This document shows, piece by piece, positions 24,501 through 37,210 of a stretch of 64,000 nucleotides of DNA. Position 1 is the stretch's first letter; each line of letters opens with the position of its first letter. Made by a program: the position numbers and the translations under genes. This stretch comes from Paraphysomonas bandaiensis (lineage: Eukaryota; Protista; Chrysophyceae): assembly GCA_965644295.1 (NCBI GenBank), contig CBFFRP010000457.1, forward strand, positions 1 through 64,000, in the 5' to 3' direction. Under the pieces are notes generated by a model. The model saw only the letters and a list, made by a program, of their open reading frames with translations. It searched no databases and was not told where the DNA came from.

Positions 24501-26133
24501 GATTTATCAAGGGGCGGATGAGATAAATGATGAAAAACTTGGTGTAGTACGCCACAACACAGGACCAAGTTCTGCTGTGTTTTTTGTTTTGAATTGGAAG
24601 AAGCTTTGGATACACTTTGCAACTGATCCCCGTGATGAATTCGGTGCAAATTACCCTTTTTTTCGAGATATAGCATATGTTTTATTCCATGGTCGCACAT
24701 TTCGTCTCGCGTGGTATATTTTTCTTTACCTTCTCATTATTGTTGGAATATGTTTCATTATTTCTCCCCAATATGCTGAGCCAGTTGCACCGTTTATATT
24801 GTCTCTCAATAGTGTGTTCATTACGCTGTACACATGGTTGTTTGTAGTATACAAAGGTCCTCTGTTATATCGCGAGATGCTGGCGCCGAATGTTCTAAAG
24901 CAACCTACCAAGGTGGGGAATATGTGTATTCGACCTACCTTGTAACCGTGATTTTCTCCATGTGATTACTACAATTCATAGGTATCTGAATTTACTACTG
25001 GACTCATACAGTCAGGAGAGCAATCCGCGTCTTATGGGACGTTATGGTTGAGAGGTCTTTACGCTTTCGGAAGAGAGATGTTTCCAATGTATCGATCGAC
25101 AACTAGTTCTACCTCACCGAGCGTTGCGGCGTATCACCCCTCAACACATGAGACATGTGAAAATTTAGGTTTTTACCAGCTGCTCAATGTAGCAGTGAAG
25201 TTTGTGATATTTCGGCACCAAGGGTGTCACCTGGAAGGCCTCGACAAAGTTGCTAGAAAAAGCATATGTGTGTTCGGGCTACTTTCTATTATTTCGTCGG
25301 GCCACTATATATACACTATTTTAAGTAATCTCAATATTCTGCGAGGATGTTGGTATGATATCGACACTGAAGTTCAAAGTACTCGGTTTTGTGCACTGGT
25401 GTCCTTCCTATATGCCACGACTCTATTTGGTGCGGTAGTATTTGCATTAACAATCATATTGTGGATTGCTACTATGCTTGGGCTACTTGGTATATCGTTC
25501 GCTACAATCAGCATCCTACAACTGACTTCAAGTTGGTGTAAGCGATACGCTCCGCTAAGACAGGTCTGCGCACATACTGATGAAGATGACGAGACTCTAC
25601 AAGCTCTTGGAAGCCTGCTCAGACGTGATTCTATTGAAAGCTACCTGTTTCAGCAGGAGTTTATGCGACAGATTGGGCATCGATTAAGTACTTTACTATG
25701 TTTCACATTCTTATTGGCAATGGTGTCTATAGTCTTATCTCTTTATAGCCTCATCGCCAGTGAGGATGGAGAAACCTATTACACGAATGAAAATCTTGTC
25801 ATTCAAACGTACTCACAGATGGCTGTGGTGATAGTGATGTATCTTTTTCCGCCCCTTTGTATTGCGAATTCTAATGTCGCAATTGACCGCCTAGAAGAAA
25901 CCATACGCAGTTCAGGATTTGATGATTTTTCCATTATTGGAGGTCGTCAAGAGTGGTTAGATTTCATCAAACAAAATCCTTGTCTATGGAAAGTATTTGG
26001 GGTTCCTATTACCTTTAACTATTTAGGTGTAATGACTACTAGTATAGTTTTAACTCTTTTGTATGCAATGGGACCAGAGTTTTTTGTTAAATTTGTTGGT
26101 TTGCGTAGTAGCTCTGGCCTTTTTTCAGATTAA
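18578..26133 (+). CDS. Multi-pass membrane protein, possibly gustatory-receptor-like/DUF3537-like (exons 18578-18637, 24364-24912, 24982-26133)
   Basis: Two phase-0 GT-AG introns join three frames without stops; several hydrophobic helices; C-terminal FIKQNPCLWKVFGVPITFNYL. Confidence 0.7.
18703..24215. repeat. 16-bp satellite (GATGYATGTTATATAT)n, ~5.5 kb, roughly 340 units
   Basis: Direct reading of unit length; variants mostly at a few positions (T/C/G, T/C, A/G). Confidence 0.98.
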
Positions 26134-26476
26134 ATAAAATGTGTGTAATATCGAGTACAATACATGCACTTTAAGCTATGTAATTGAAGTAGTTGTTATT
26201 ATATAATTACTAATACTGCATATGTATTGTATTGTAAACTGACTCTGTGTTTAGAATTCCACGTGAAATATTCATATTATAGCTGCTAGATCTACTTCTT
26301 ATAAGTATCTATGCACACGTAAAATCTTAGCATTATTATTCTGAGCTATCTGTAGAGTGTAGAGAAACAAGGCTACAGAACAATATATTGTATATTGCAT
26401 TTTATACTATAGATCTATTGACTGCAATTGTTCTTGCTATATATACATATATGCTGTTCGATAGGATTGGAAGAGT

Positions 26477-26651
26477 TTACGGAAGTGGTCGCACCTTGGT
26501 GCTTGCGGCGACGCACAAGCAGCTTCTGTAGCGTTAAATAGTAGGATAATAGAATTATGGGTAGCGGTCTAACTAGTATGTCTAGCATTCAACTAGCCAC
26601 TATTTTGGTGCAGGTTTTTAACGCCTATTGCTAAATAACAAGACTTTTAAT
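26477..26651 (+). mobile_element. Dispersed retroposon-like repeat, copy B, 5'-truncated, with 16-bp TSD
   Basis: ATAGGATTGGAAGAGT at 26461-26476 and 26652-26667; body is collinear with copy D. Confidence 0.85.
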
Positions 26652-27240
26652 ATAGGATTGGAAGAGTATTGCAATATATTGCAAAGAACAATACTGGCAT
26701 CTATTATCTATGATACTGGTATCTAGCATAGAGACTATACGAGTATACAGCAACTACTGTACGTAGTGATGGAGGCCGATACGATTTCGGCCGAAGCCTA
26801 CCGGATTGGCTTCGGCTATACTCGACCGGCTGAATATTGCAGTCAGGCCGGCGGGCGGAACTTAGGTCGGTTGATCAACAGGCCTGTATACCGGTATGCT
26901 GCTGTATACAGATCTGGATAATGGGCAGTACTCATATTACTACTGCAACCGTTTGTTATAATGACTTAGAGGCAGTAAATGGGTTCATAGCATTGTTAGA
27001 TTCTAACATTATGTCCTGTATGAAGACTCCAGAATCATCATATTATTACTACTGTACCAATCCTATCAAACTTATATGTTGATTAGATCAATGTGTATAG
27101 AGACTATGAGCCTGATATGAGGGTTGGAATGAGAAGGGCCTACAGTTGAAAGTGAAGAGGGACAAAGGTGTATATATTAGAGAATTATGAACACTATTTC
27201 CTGGATTTTCGATATAGATTGGCTATATTCCGTAGCTTTT

Positions 27241-28570
27241 TTTGAGGTACCTTTGAGCAAAAATATTCATATAGCAGGATTTTGGAAAAAACAGCCTAAT
27301 ATTAAGGTATGGGTGGGAAGAAGAGATTTCCCAATATCCTGAAATCAGATAATATTAGACAAAAATATCACGAGACTCCTCTATATAGAAAACAACCATT
27401 GAATAATGTCAGGATTTTAGGAAATATGTACTGTCTCGTTGGTTATGTATGGTAGTGGGGTGACTGTATAGATAGTACGTATATCTGGATGGTATACACA
27501 CTGCCTGTCATAGAAGAGTGGAATCATATCATCACACTGACGGTCCAATTATTACATATCACTGAGATGTCGATACCAGAAGGAAGAAGAAAGAGAAGAA
27601 CAGCGGTCGAAAACGCTCAAGAGGTAGTCTCAAAGCGTCTATGCACGAAGACAAAAAGGCACTACGGCGGCATGATAAAACTATTCTCTGAATGGATGCG
27701 AGACCATGAAGATCCATCAGTCTCTTCATTGTATCACTCTGATACTAGAGCACTTGCACTACCAATTCCAAATGACACTTTAATTGAGTTTTTCGGTCAT
27801 ATTGGTAACGGAGGTGACTACATTCTTGATTCTAGGTGTATTTGTTCACGAAATTGGAACGCATTCGTTCCGCAAAGGTGTAGCAACCTATGCTCAGAGT
27901 AAGTCAGGTTGTTATAGATAGAATTAGATCTTATATATAAGAATAGTCGCTGGTTTGTGATTTACTGTAAATCCTAAAAACACATAAAGTATGCTTCTAT
28001 TTTCTATTATAAAATTATACGCCTAATGGCTATGTATCACCTTTTGAAACTAAAATTTAATAGCATCTAAAAATACTATAACGGCTATATAATCGTTAGG
28101 TACCGCATTACTCACATATAGCTAATTTTAACACAAATATCTTTTTCCTACATAGAGACTTTTTTCGACAAAGCGGACCAGTCTGGTCCCACTTTATTTT
28201 TTTGTATTGTGTTTTTTCGTATGGAACATGAGTGTAGAGCTTCGAAATTGTAGTTAAAATGAGTACAATTTTTTTATTTCGAGTGGGACCAAATACACTC
28301 CGACAAGTGGAGGGCTGGTCCACTCTGTCAAAAAACGTCTCCTAGAATAAACATTATAAGGCCATTTTTAATACCCTAAATCTCTAAATCCTTAGAGTTG
28401 AACTATAAGGTATTGATTTATTGTTGAATTGTATATAATGATTAGAGATTATTGATGTAACATGTCGATATAGTGGACTTAGTATTACTGATGCTATGAT
28501 GCTATCGACCTTCTATTGATGTCATGGATATCGGCATCCTTTGTATATTTTTGTTCCAAGGTACCTCAAA
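27241..28570. mobile_element. ~1.3-kb element bounded by 26-bp inverted repeats, carrying a truncated ORF
   Basis: TTTGAGGTACCTTTGAGCAAAAATAT versus the reverse complement of ATATTTTTGTTCCAAGGTACCTCAAA (24/26 identical); no TSD seen. Confidence 0.6.
27567..27902 (+). pseudogene. Truncated ORF resembling the N-terminal core-binding domain of Crypton-type tyrosine recombinases
   Basis: TKRHYGGMIKLFSEW...LPIPNDTLIEFFGHI pattern; no catalytic domain follows. Confidence 0.4.
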
Positions 28571-28807
28571 TAGTGAGACAATAATTATCTGTATTCTAGC
28601 CGTAGTTGTGTAGCAGTAGTATAGAGGATTTATGCTTCAATTTATTTCCGAAAAAATAAGATGCGTGTCATGTATGTATCAAACCATATCAACCAGCTAG
28701 AATACATACCGCTGTATTATGTAATACACCCATCATACATGTATAACCTCATTCACTGTATTATGTAATACATGTATTGACTACACATTTTTCTAAACGG
28801 TCGAAAC

Positions 28808-29866
28808 GTATGTATGTATGTATGTATGTATGTATGTATGTATGTATGTATGTATGTATGTATGTATGTATGTATGTATGTATGTATGTATGTATGTATG
28901 TATGTATGTATGTATGTATGTATGTATGTATGTATGTATGTATGCATGTATGTATGTATGTATGTATGTATGTATGTATGTATGTATGTATGTATGTATG
29001 TATGTATGTATGTATGTATGTATGTATGTATGTATGTATGTATGTATGTATGTATGTATGTATGTATGTATGTATGTATGTATGTATGTATGTATGTATG
29101 TATGTATGTATGTATGTATGTATGTATGTATGTATGTATGTATGTATGTATGTATGTATGTATGTATGTATGTATGTATGTATGTATGTATGTATGTATG
29201 TATGTATGTATGTATGTATGTATGTATGTATGTATGTATGTATGTATGTATGTATGTATGTATGTATGTATGTATGTATGTATGTATGTATGTATGTATG
29301 TATGTATGTATGTATGTATGTATGTATTTATGTATGTATGTATGTATGTATGTGTGTATGTATGTATGTATGTATGTATGTATGTATGTATGTATGTATG
29401 TATGTATGTATGTATGTATGTATGTATGTATGTATGTATGTATGTATGTATGTATGTATGTATGTATGTATGTATGTATGTATGTATGTATGTATGTATG
29501 TATGTATGTATGTATGTATGTATGTATGTATGTATGTATGTATGTATGTATGTATGTATGTATGTATGTATGTATGTATGTATGTATGTATGTATGTATG
29601 TATGTATGTATGTATGTATGTATGTATGTATGTATGTATGTATGTATGTATGTATGTATGTATGTATGTATGTATGTATGTATGCATGTATGTATGTATG
29701 TATGTATGTATGTATGTATGTATGTATGTATGTATGTATGTATGTATGCATGTAGGTAGGTATGTATGTATGTAGGTAGGTAGGTAGGTAGGTATATATG
29801 TAGGTAGGTACATATGTAGGTAGGTAGGTACATATGTAGGTATATATGTGTAGGTAGGTAGGTAGG
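28808..29866. repeat. (TATG)n microsatellite, ~1 kb, grading into (TAGG)n
   Basis: Direct; ends ~15 bp before the transposon TIR. Confidence 0.98.
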
Positions 29867-30116
29867 TGTGTCATAGATAGTGGGTGACTACCTAAATTGC
29901 ACAAACACATAAATGCATAAAAAATCTGGGATTATAGAAATCTGGGTATTTATGCAGGGTGTGACTTCCTTAATTGCATAAATACATAAATAATAAAATG
30001 GCCATTGCAGATTTCATGCATATTTGAATTTTAAAAATAGTGAAGTCTCTTGCAGTGATGAGTGAGACATATGGAGTGGATATTTTTAAAATAGTAAAGT
30101 AAGGAATTCGTCGAGT

Positions 30117-30984
30117 ATGACAACTTCATCTAGCAGTGGTCGACGGGCAGGTGTCCCGAACTACAAGAAGGGAATTGTCTTGAATATAGTCAATGACATT
30201 CTTCCGTCTTCTAGTCTAGACTGGGTAGCTGTGGCAGAGAGGTCAGATAGCAGTGCATACACTGAATAGTTATATTTATCAGTTGTACAGATATAAGATT
30301 GCTGCCCAAGAGACTGTTGATCGTGAAGGTCCTGATATGAAGAGATACTTCATACAGAAACTATGCAACAATGGGCGCAAGCCCACTGGAAACAGTGGGA
30401 CGAATGATACCACTCGTCGTGCCCAAGAGATTTATCAACGTATTCTGTGCAAGGAAAATGTCGGCATCTATGGAGACGACTCAGACATTGACAGTCCATT
30501 GGATTTTGAGGAGGAGTTTCCAGAAATGGGAAATCTCGAAGGACCGGAAAGCAACTCCGACGACGAGCATAATGACGAAATTGCTGACCAACCAGTAAAC
30601 AACGAACCAGTTGCCGAGCCTCCACAGAAGAAACGTAGAACCGAAAAGTCGAAGAACTGCCGAAATGGCATCTCGGCTAGAACTTCCGTCTCGAAAGCAA
30701 TTAAGACTTGCGTGGACGGGTTGCAAGGTAGCAATAATACAAACGTCTTATTATCTTGCATGCAGATGATGCAGCAACAAAATCAGCAGATGATGCAGCA
30801 ACAAAATCAGCAGATGATGCAGATGATGATGTTCATGATGGGAAATCGTGGTTCATCACAGAATACTACTCCTGGTACCCCGCTGCAAATGTCCACCACA
30901 AGTACACCACAGAGCAGCAACTCATCAGATTCATGTGGGAGTAATCCATCAAATTCATTTCAAAATCCTAGTGTAGTATTGTAG
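30117..30984 (+). CDS. Transposon accessory Myb/SANT-like (DUF6818-like) protein; intron 30242-30290
   Basis: GRRAGVPNY...WVAVAER/YK...KRYFIQKLCNNGRKPTG; phase-2 GT-AG intron restores the frame; Q/M-rich tail. Confidence 0.8.
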
Positions 30985-31041
30985 ACAGCTAGGGTTGATT
31001 ACTAATGTGAAAGTAAGCAATGCATAATTAAGAAATATTTA

Positions 31042-32172
31042 TTACATGAAGTATCTTGCAATGTGGTCGTAACCTTCCACATTTACGTACTCCTCATACA
31101 AAGGATTAAATACAGTTGCTATTTGATTAAGTCCTACATGGTGAGTGCGAAAATTGTGAACCAGCACAATAGCTAGTAATATTTTCCCTCGAATAAATTT
31201 GCACGAGGGTAGACGACTCTTCAATCGAGAAAACGTTCCTTGTAGTGCTCGCATACCCCATTCAGCCGCCTGTCTCAATGATATGCACTTAGCATGCCTT
31301 CTTAGTAGAGCATGCCGCAAATTTGGAGCCAGTTTAGCTCTAGCTTTTCTTGACAAAGGACCTACTAGTTTGTCATAGAGATCACCAGAGCGCGGAAATC
31401 CTTGATCAACGCAAAAGGCGTATACACCAATGTCTCTTCTGACCTTCTCTATAAAAGAAGCTGCCACTTGTGAATCGTGCCATGAACCGGGAAAGTTAAG
31501 ACAAGCGTATAGAACTATACCTTTAGGCGAAAAGGCTAGTACATTGTTAGTCATGGTATCGTGATAGTATCCATTGTACATGACGGACTGTTCGTGGTCG
31601 TCATCACTGCATTGTACAGGCAGACTCACGCCATCAACGAAACCGATAATATTTTTTAAAGTGGGCTCACGTCTCTCTACTAAAGCTGCGAACTCAGACA
31701 TCTGCTCCCTATCGGGAAATCTTATGCGACTGTGCTCCTCTTTTGCAAGAATTCTACATACTTCATATAACATAGTCTTTATTACTCTGGATGCGGTTGA
31801 AGGAACCACCCCAAACAGTAAACATAGGTGCTTTATACGCATACTAGAATTCACATAAAACAGAAATAGGCCAAGTTTACCATCATTGTCAAGGCTACTA
31901 GGTCGACCGGATTTGAGGACAACATCTTCAGCAAATAAGATACCCCTCAACAACTTAAAAACCGGTCTCGTCATCCCTGTCAGTAGTAGAAAAGATTGAT
32001 CATCTGCCCCATGCAACACACGAACCCATGGTGCGAAACGAGGAGAAACAACTGCCGATCTCGTCAAGTTAGCACGACTTCTACAGCTGTTATACAATAG
32101 CAACAAGAGAAGTACGCACAGTAACTTCTGCTTAGATTCATTCCTGTCGATTAAGCTACAGTTGGGTAGCAT
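31042..32172 (-). CDS. DDE_Tnp_4 (Harbinger-type) transposase
   Basis: GFVDGV, PGSWHDS, CVDQGF, RQAAEWGMRALQGTF; uninterrupted 376 aa. Confidence 0.95.
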   Translation of the reverse strand: MLPNCSLIDRNESKQKLLCVLLLLLLYNSCRSRANLTRSAVVSPRFAPWVRVLHGADDQSFLLLTGMTRPVFKLLRGILFAEDVVLKSGRPSSLDNDGKLGLFLFYVNSSMRIKHLCLLFGVVPSTASRVIKTMLYEVCRILAKEEHSRIRFPDREQMSEFAALVERREPTLKNIIGFVDGVSLPVQCSDDDHEQSVMYNGYYHDTMTNNVLAFSPKGIVLYACLNFPGSWHDSQVAASFIEKVRRDIGVYAFCVDQGFPRSGDLYDKLVGPLSRKARAKLAPNLRHALLRRHAKCISLRQAAEWGMRALQGTFSRLKSRLPSCKFIRGKILLAIVLVHNFRTHHVGLNQIATVFNPLYEEYVNVEGYDHIARYFM

Positions 32173-32405
32173 ATGTCTACTTTATATAGCTTCAGCTCTT
32201 TAAATAGTTTATGCATATGTTTATGCATATAGGATAGTTTGTACGAGGGGTCCGGGGGGGTCTCCTAAAAAAACATAAAATCTGCATAAATTCATGAGTT
32301 TATGCAGCCTATTTTATGCAGATTTATGTGTTTGTGCAATTTAGGTAGTCACCCAGTGTCTGGTTGTCTCATAACATCATCTTATAATAAACTACACACA
32401 CACTC

Positions 32406-33656
32406 ATGCTCCTTCTCTTATTCCTTCCTACCATTCTATCCACCACATTCATCCCTCCTTCTCACCCTTCTCTCTATCTTAACGGTCGTACAGTTCCCTC
32501 AATATCTCCTATACCATATATATCATACGATCACCCTGGTATCACTGTATCTATAGCCATACAAGGATCATCCTATATTGATATTTTATTACAACAAAAA
32601 TATTATCATCAACCAAATATTTTTTGGATTTATTTGGACAAACAGGCTACTGGAGACATCATTGATACATCCTTACATACATACTCATATATAAACTCAT
32701 CAGATGGTAACTCCTCATATACTCATTACCAATCAACTCCTATACGATATCCACTTGTTAGAAACCTTACCTCTGATCCTCATGTTGTGTCTATTATGAA
32801 AGTCACTGAAGCAGATTGGAATAATCCCAATCCGACACCAAACTACATTGACTTTCATGGTTTTATTATTGATTCAGGTGATATCATTCCACTACCAGAC
32901 CCTCCCATTAGGAGGGTAGAGTTTGTAGGGGATAGTATCACTGCTGGCTACTGTAACATGTGTAAGGGGGCCGATGAAGGAGCGGAAGGGTATACACTGG
33001 AGTCGTTTGGTGCATCTTGGCCCACTTTGGTATGTGATGCGTTTCAGGCTGATTGTCACACTGCAGGTTAGTGGCGTATATGAATGGATATGTATGTATG
33101 TATGTAGGTTAGTGGTATCCAAGCTTTAATGTTCAAAAGTTGTTGTGATTGTATTTGTTCAGCGTGGTCGGGGCTAGGCATGGTTCGAAACTGCTGTGGG
33201 GGCGATGTCTTCATGCCGGAGATATACACACGTGCCCTTGCCTCCGTATCCGGATCAGTGTGGTCCTTTGATGGTTCATGGACCCCTGATGTCGTGGTGA
33301 TTAATCTGGGTACTAATGATGGCCTAGACCCTGACTCTCCAGGAATATTAGAGGAAGAGTATCAGAACACATATGTAGAATTTGTACGAAACATATCGAC
33401 GTGGTACACTCCCAGCCCTACATTCTTCCTTGCCTGTGGACCTATGAGCGATGCCTACTGTGGCTATGTACACAACGTCATATATAATCTAACCGCAGGA
33501 GACCATCCCCTGTCAGTCCACTTCCTTGACCAAACAGGAGTATTGGACGATTCAAACAGGTGCTGCGATCACCCCGACGAAGGTGCAGATAAGATTCTCG
33601 CAGATATCACTTTAACGGACATTTCCGATGTTATGGGGTGGGATTACACACCATGA
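32406..33656 (+). CDS. Secreted SGNH/GDSL esterase, carbohydrate esterase family 2-like; intron 33067-33162
   Basis: Signal peptide, VEFVGDSITAGY, AWSGLG, VINLGTND, CCDHP. Confidence 0.9.
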
Positions 33657-34074
33657 TGTCTATATTTGATATACTTTTGTGCTTAATAGTATGTGCATTG
33701 TGTGGTTTGTTCATTTTGACATTGAGTATCGTAATTGTGTCAATTTTTTATATGAAGCATTAGACATTAGAGTCTAGCTGTTAATACGTAATGTGGGTGT
33801 TTTTAATATTAAGTGTAATAACTCTGACAGCTGGTCGATTCCGGTTCCTGTGAAGTTAGTTATGCGCCCCAACTTGCTGTCGCTTCCAGTAAGCTCATTC
33901 TTGATTACCATTTATTCGAAATTCCGTCAATCAATCGGTGCGCGGCCCATGCGTGCAGAGTAGGCAGCAGCCCTCTACGTACTAATGTAATAAGAAGAGA
34001 AACTAAAATATGACAATTTAAGGCCAGGATAAACTTTACACTGTTATTATAATTTTACTCGACAGAGCTTTATG

Positions 34075-34266
34075 TTAAAGTATTATTAGCAGATCCGACC
34101 TCAACCTGTAACTTGTAACTCACTAGCACGAATTATCATATCCTACTACTATGTCACGCTACAAGAAGCTGCTTGTGCGTCGCCGCAAGCACCAAGGTGC
34201 AACCACTTTCGTTCTTGTATGGGAGGGAGAAGATCATCTTTTGAACGTGAGTCCTGGAAGTGCAGA
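34075..34266 (-). mobile_element. Dispersed retroposon-like repeat, copy C, with 11-bp TSD
   Basis: AGAGCTTTATG at 34064-34074 and 34267-34277; same core, 3' end GCTAATAATACTTTAA. Confidence 0.75.
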
Positions 34267-34995
34267 AGAGCTTTATGCAGAGTAAACATATAAATTCAGT
34301 GTTACATGATAACTGCAATGCACCGTGTGTACTACAGAGCAAGTAGGGTAAACACAATGAACATAGCCCTTACAGGAGGATGAGCCGTTATTTTGCAGAA
34401 TGTATGCTCAGTGTTCATCCTATGAAGTGCTCCCGATAATCCAAGATAGCGTCTAACCCTCCTCGGCGATTGCACACTTGGACGTTCACTAGGTGGTATT
34501 TTCCACGCCAGTGGATGAAGTCTGTTTCGTATGTGTCTGCATCGTATACATGTATATTCTATTACTATTAACACACCAGTGCCTGACGATCGCGCATACC
34601 ACATTCATTATGGTGACATGGTGACTGTGTATTGCATTGTTCTTGCTTAATTAAGCCATGGCTTGAACAAACAAATGTTATCATTGCCTTGTAAGCTAAC
34701 TGAGCTCAGATTGGAGGTGAAGAGGTCTGAAGTGCACAACCCTTCTGCTACTTAGCAGGTTATTGGGAGCTAGTTTACACTTTGGTACAGTTTGTCGTGG
34801 TATGTATATTGTATATTAGTAGGTTCTAAGTAGTAATTGCCGTTAATTATTACTTCGTACTATGTTAATGCTAATACCGTCTTATTATAATTGAATACAT
34901 ACTTTGTCTTTTTATTCGTGATGCAGATCTTAATTATTGCTTGCTTTTATATTATTTCCTACGTTGCAATATATATTATACTGTGTTTATTATTG

Positions 34996-35443
34996 TTAAT
35001 TATAGTACCTACAGGTCGTATTGGTATTATATTTTTGGTAGTACCTATAGATCCCAGATGGCTGTCCAGTTGGTTCGGTAAATGGTTGTTCACTAGGTTG
35101 ACCAGATGGCTCCTGTGGGTTGACATGATGGCTGTCCAGTAAGGATCCCAGATGGTTGTCCAGTGGGTTCACTAGATGGCTGTCCACTAATTGTCGGTTG
35201 CACTGAAGGTAAAGGGGTCGGGGCAGATGTGGGTTTCAAGTATTCATGGTAACTGGTTTGTGTGAGATAGAATGTTGTTAATATATTGATCGTACATAGC
35301 TCGGAAGGGTAGACACCTGTGAATATATTGTTCTGACCTCTTACACTTTGTAATTTAGTTAGACTGGAAAAAGAGTAGGGGAGCGGACCCGTTAAAGAAT
35401 TGCCATATAGAATGAGATAACTAAGAGAAGTCATCTGACCCAA
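34996..35443 (-). pseudogene. Fragment of an LRR + QPS/QPT-repeat surface protein, frameshifted and 5'-truncated
   Basis: LSYLILYGNSLTGPLP LRR; GQPSSEPTGQPS repeats continue in another frame; the 5' side abuts the rearranged header fragments. Confidence 0.65.
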
Positions 35444-35463
35444 TATATGATGAGAGGAGGGAT

Positions 35464-35950
35464 AGAAGAAGGTGATATCGAACGAAGAGATAGACTGGAA
35501 GCATATATTTCGGAACTCCAGAAGAAAGAAAACAGACTAGCAGATATTAGTATCCAAATCCCTCTATCTTAACTTTATAGGATTTGGATACTAATATCTG
35601 CCAGTCTGTTTTCTTTCTTCTGGGGTTCCGACATATATTCTTCCAGTCTATCTCTTCGTTTGATATCACCTTCTGCTTTACCTTCCCTAAGACGAACTTC
35701 AGCTATCCTGAGACGAGCTATAGCTTCCCTGAGATCAGCTTTGATATCATTAACTTCTTCCTCGACAACATCAAGTTTGTTCTCAGGATTGTTCATTATA
35801 AGATGGTGATAATGATATGTTGAAGTAACTCTATATCATCGTCTTGTATAATGAACAATCCTGAGAACGAACTCGATGCTATCGAGAAAGAAATCAATGA
35901 TACCAAAGCTGATCTCAGGGAAGCTAAAGCTCGTCTTAGGGAAGGTAAAG
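35464..35950. pseudogene. Three paralogous N-terminal header fragments of the 37211 gene family in +/-/+ orientation
   Basis: ~35464-35570 (+), ~35579-35800 (-) and ~35848-35950 (+) match EGDIKRRDRLE..KEENRLA.SIQI or MNN..IEKEIN..KA.LREA. Confidence 0.8.
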
Positions 35951-36002
35951 ATTGTTGTCTTGTAATCTATTGAAGCATAATCTAAACATATTGCAGTATG
36001 TG

Positions 36003-36236
36003 TTGGGATTGAAGTCCCCTCTGGCTGGTAATGAGAGACAGACACACACACACAGGCTTCCACTTCACGGGATTGAGCAGCCCTCTGGCTGATAATGAGA
36101 GACAGACACACACACACAGGCTTCCACTTCACGGGGTTGAACACCCCTCTGGCTGATAATGAGAGACAGACAGACACACACAGGCTTCCACTTCACGGGA
36201 TTGAACACCCCTCTGGCTGATGCATAATGAGAGACT
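36003..36236 (-). repeat. Inverted copy (3-4 units) of the ~62-bp tandem repeat
   Basis: Reverse complement of GTGAAGTGGAAGCCTGTG..CTCTCATTATCAGCCAGAGGG..TCAATCCC. Confidence 0.9.
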
Positions 36237-36635
36237 GCTTTGACCTGATTTGTTCATTGTTTATTTCCTTGAAAAGTCATTGTTTTTTCAGTGAAAAGTG
36301 AAAAAAGTGACTTTTTTATGGATAAATGATGACTTTTCAATGAAATAAACTATGAACAAATTGATAAAATACTGAATTCTAAAAAAAAACCGATCTACTC
36401 TGTATGTAAAACAAAAAGCAGGATTTTCGAGAGTTGTATAAAATAAAAAACCCTTAATTACAACAATTTCAAAGCTTTGCACTCATCTTCTATATGAAAA
36501 CCACACAACACAAAAAAAAAGAAGTGGGATCCGCTCTGGGACACGAGTGCACTGTGGCAACATGTCCATCTATACGGTACGGTACGGTACGTAGGAATTC
36601 CCGGATGGATTTTTTGATTCGAGATAGCTAAGAAG

Positions 36636-37183
36636 GAAGTGGAAGCCTGTGTGTGTGTGTCTCTCTCATTATCAGCCAGAGGGCTGCTCAATCCCGTGAA
36701 GTGGAAGCCTGTGTGTCTGTCTGTCTCTCATTATCAGCCAGAGGGCTGCTCAATCCCGTGAAGTGGAAGCCTGTGTGTCTGTCTGTCTCTCATTATCAGC
36801 CAGAGGGCTGCTCAATCCCGTGAAGTGGAAGCCTGTCTGTCTGTCTCTCATTATCAGCCAGAGGGCTGCTCAATCCCGTGAAGTGGAAGCCTGTCTGTCT
36901 GTCTGTCTCTCATTATCAGCCAGAGGGCTGCTCAATCCCGTGAAGTGGAAGCCTGTCTGTCTGTCTGTCTCTCATTATCAGCCAGAGGGGTGTTCAACCC
37001 CGTGAAGTGGAAGCCTGTGTGTCTGTCTGTCTCTCATTATCAGCCAGAGGGCTGCTCAATCCCGTGAAGTGGAAGCCTGTGTGTCTGTCTGTCTCTCATT
37101 ATCAGCCAGAGGGGTGTTCAACCCCGTGAAGTGGAAGCCTGTCTGTCTGTCTCTCATTATCAGCCAGAGGGGGGTTCAATCCC
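36636..37183 (+). repeat. ~58-62-bp tandem repeat, about 9 units, ending ~28 bp before the ATG
   Basis: Units differ mainly in an internal (TG/TCTG) tract and a CTGC/GTGT variant. Confidence 0.95.
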
Positions 37184-37210
37184 GACAATCTTTAGATCCA
37201 TATAAAGTTA

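Larger units (their letters stand above)
29882..32354. mobile_element. Full-length PIF/Harbinger-superfamily (Pangu-like) DNA transposon, 2473 bp
   Basis: TIR GGGTGACTACCTAAATTGCACAAACACATAAAT at both ends, AGT duplicated (29879-29881, 32355-32357), two convergent ORFs. Confidence 0.95.

Noticed and set aside
36636-37183. CRISPR-like appearance of the 62-bp array
   Set aside because: No unique spacers, no cas genes, eukaryotic context; it is a plain tandem repeat.
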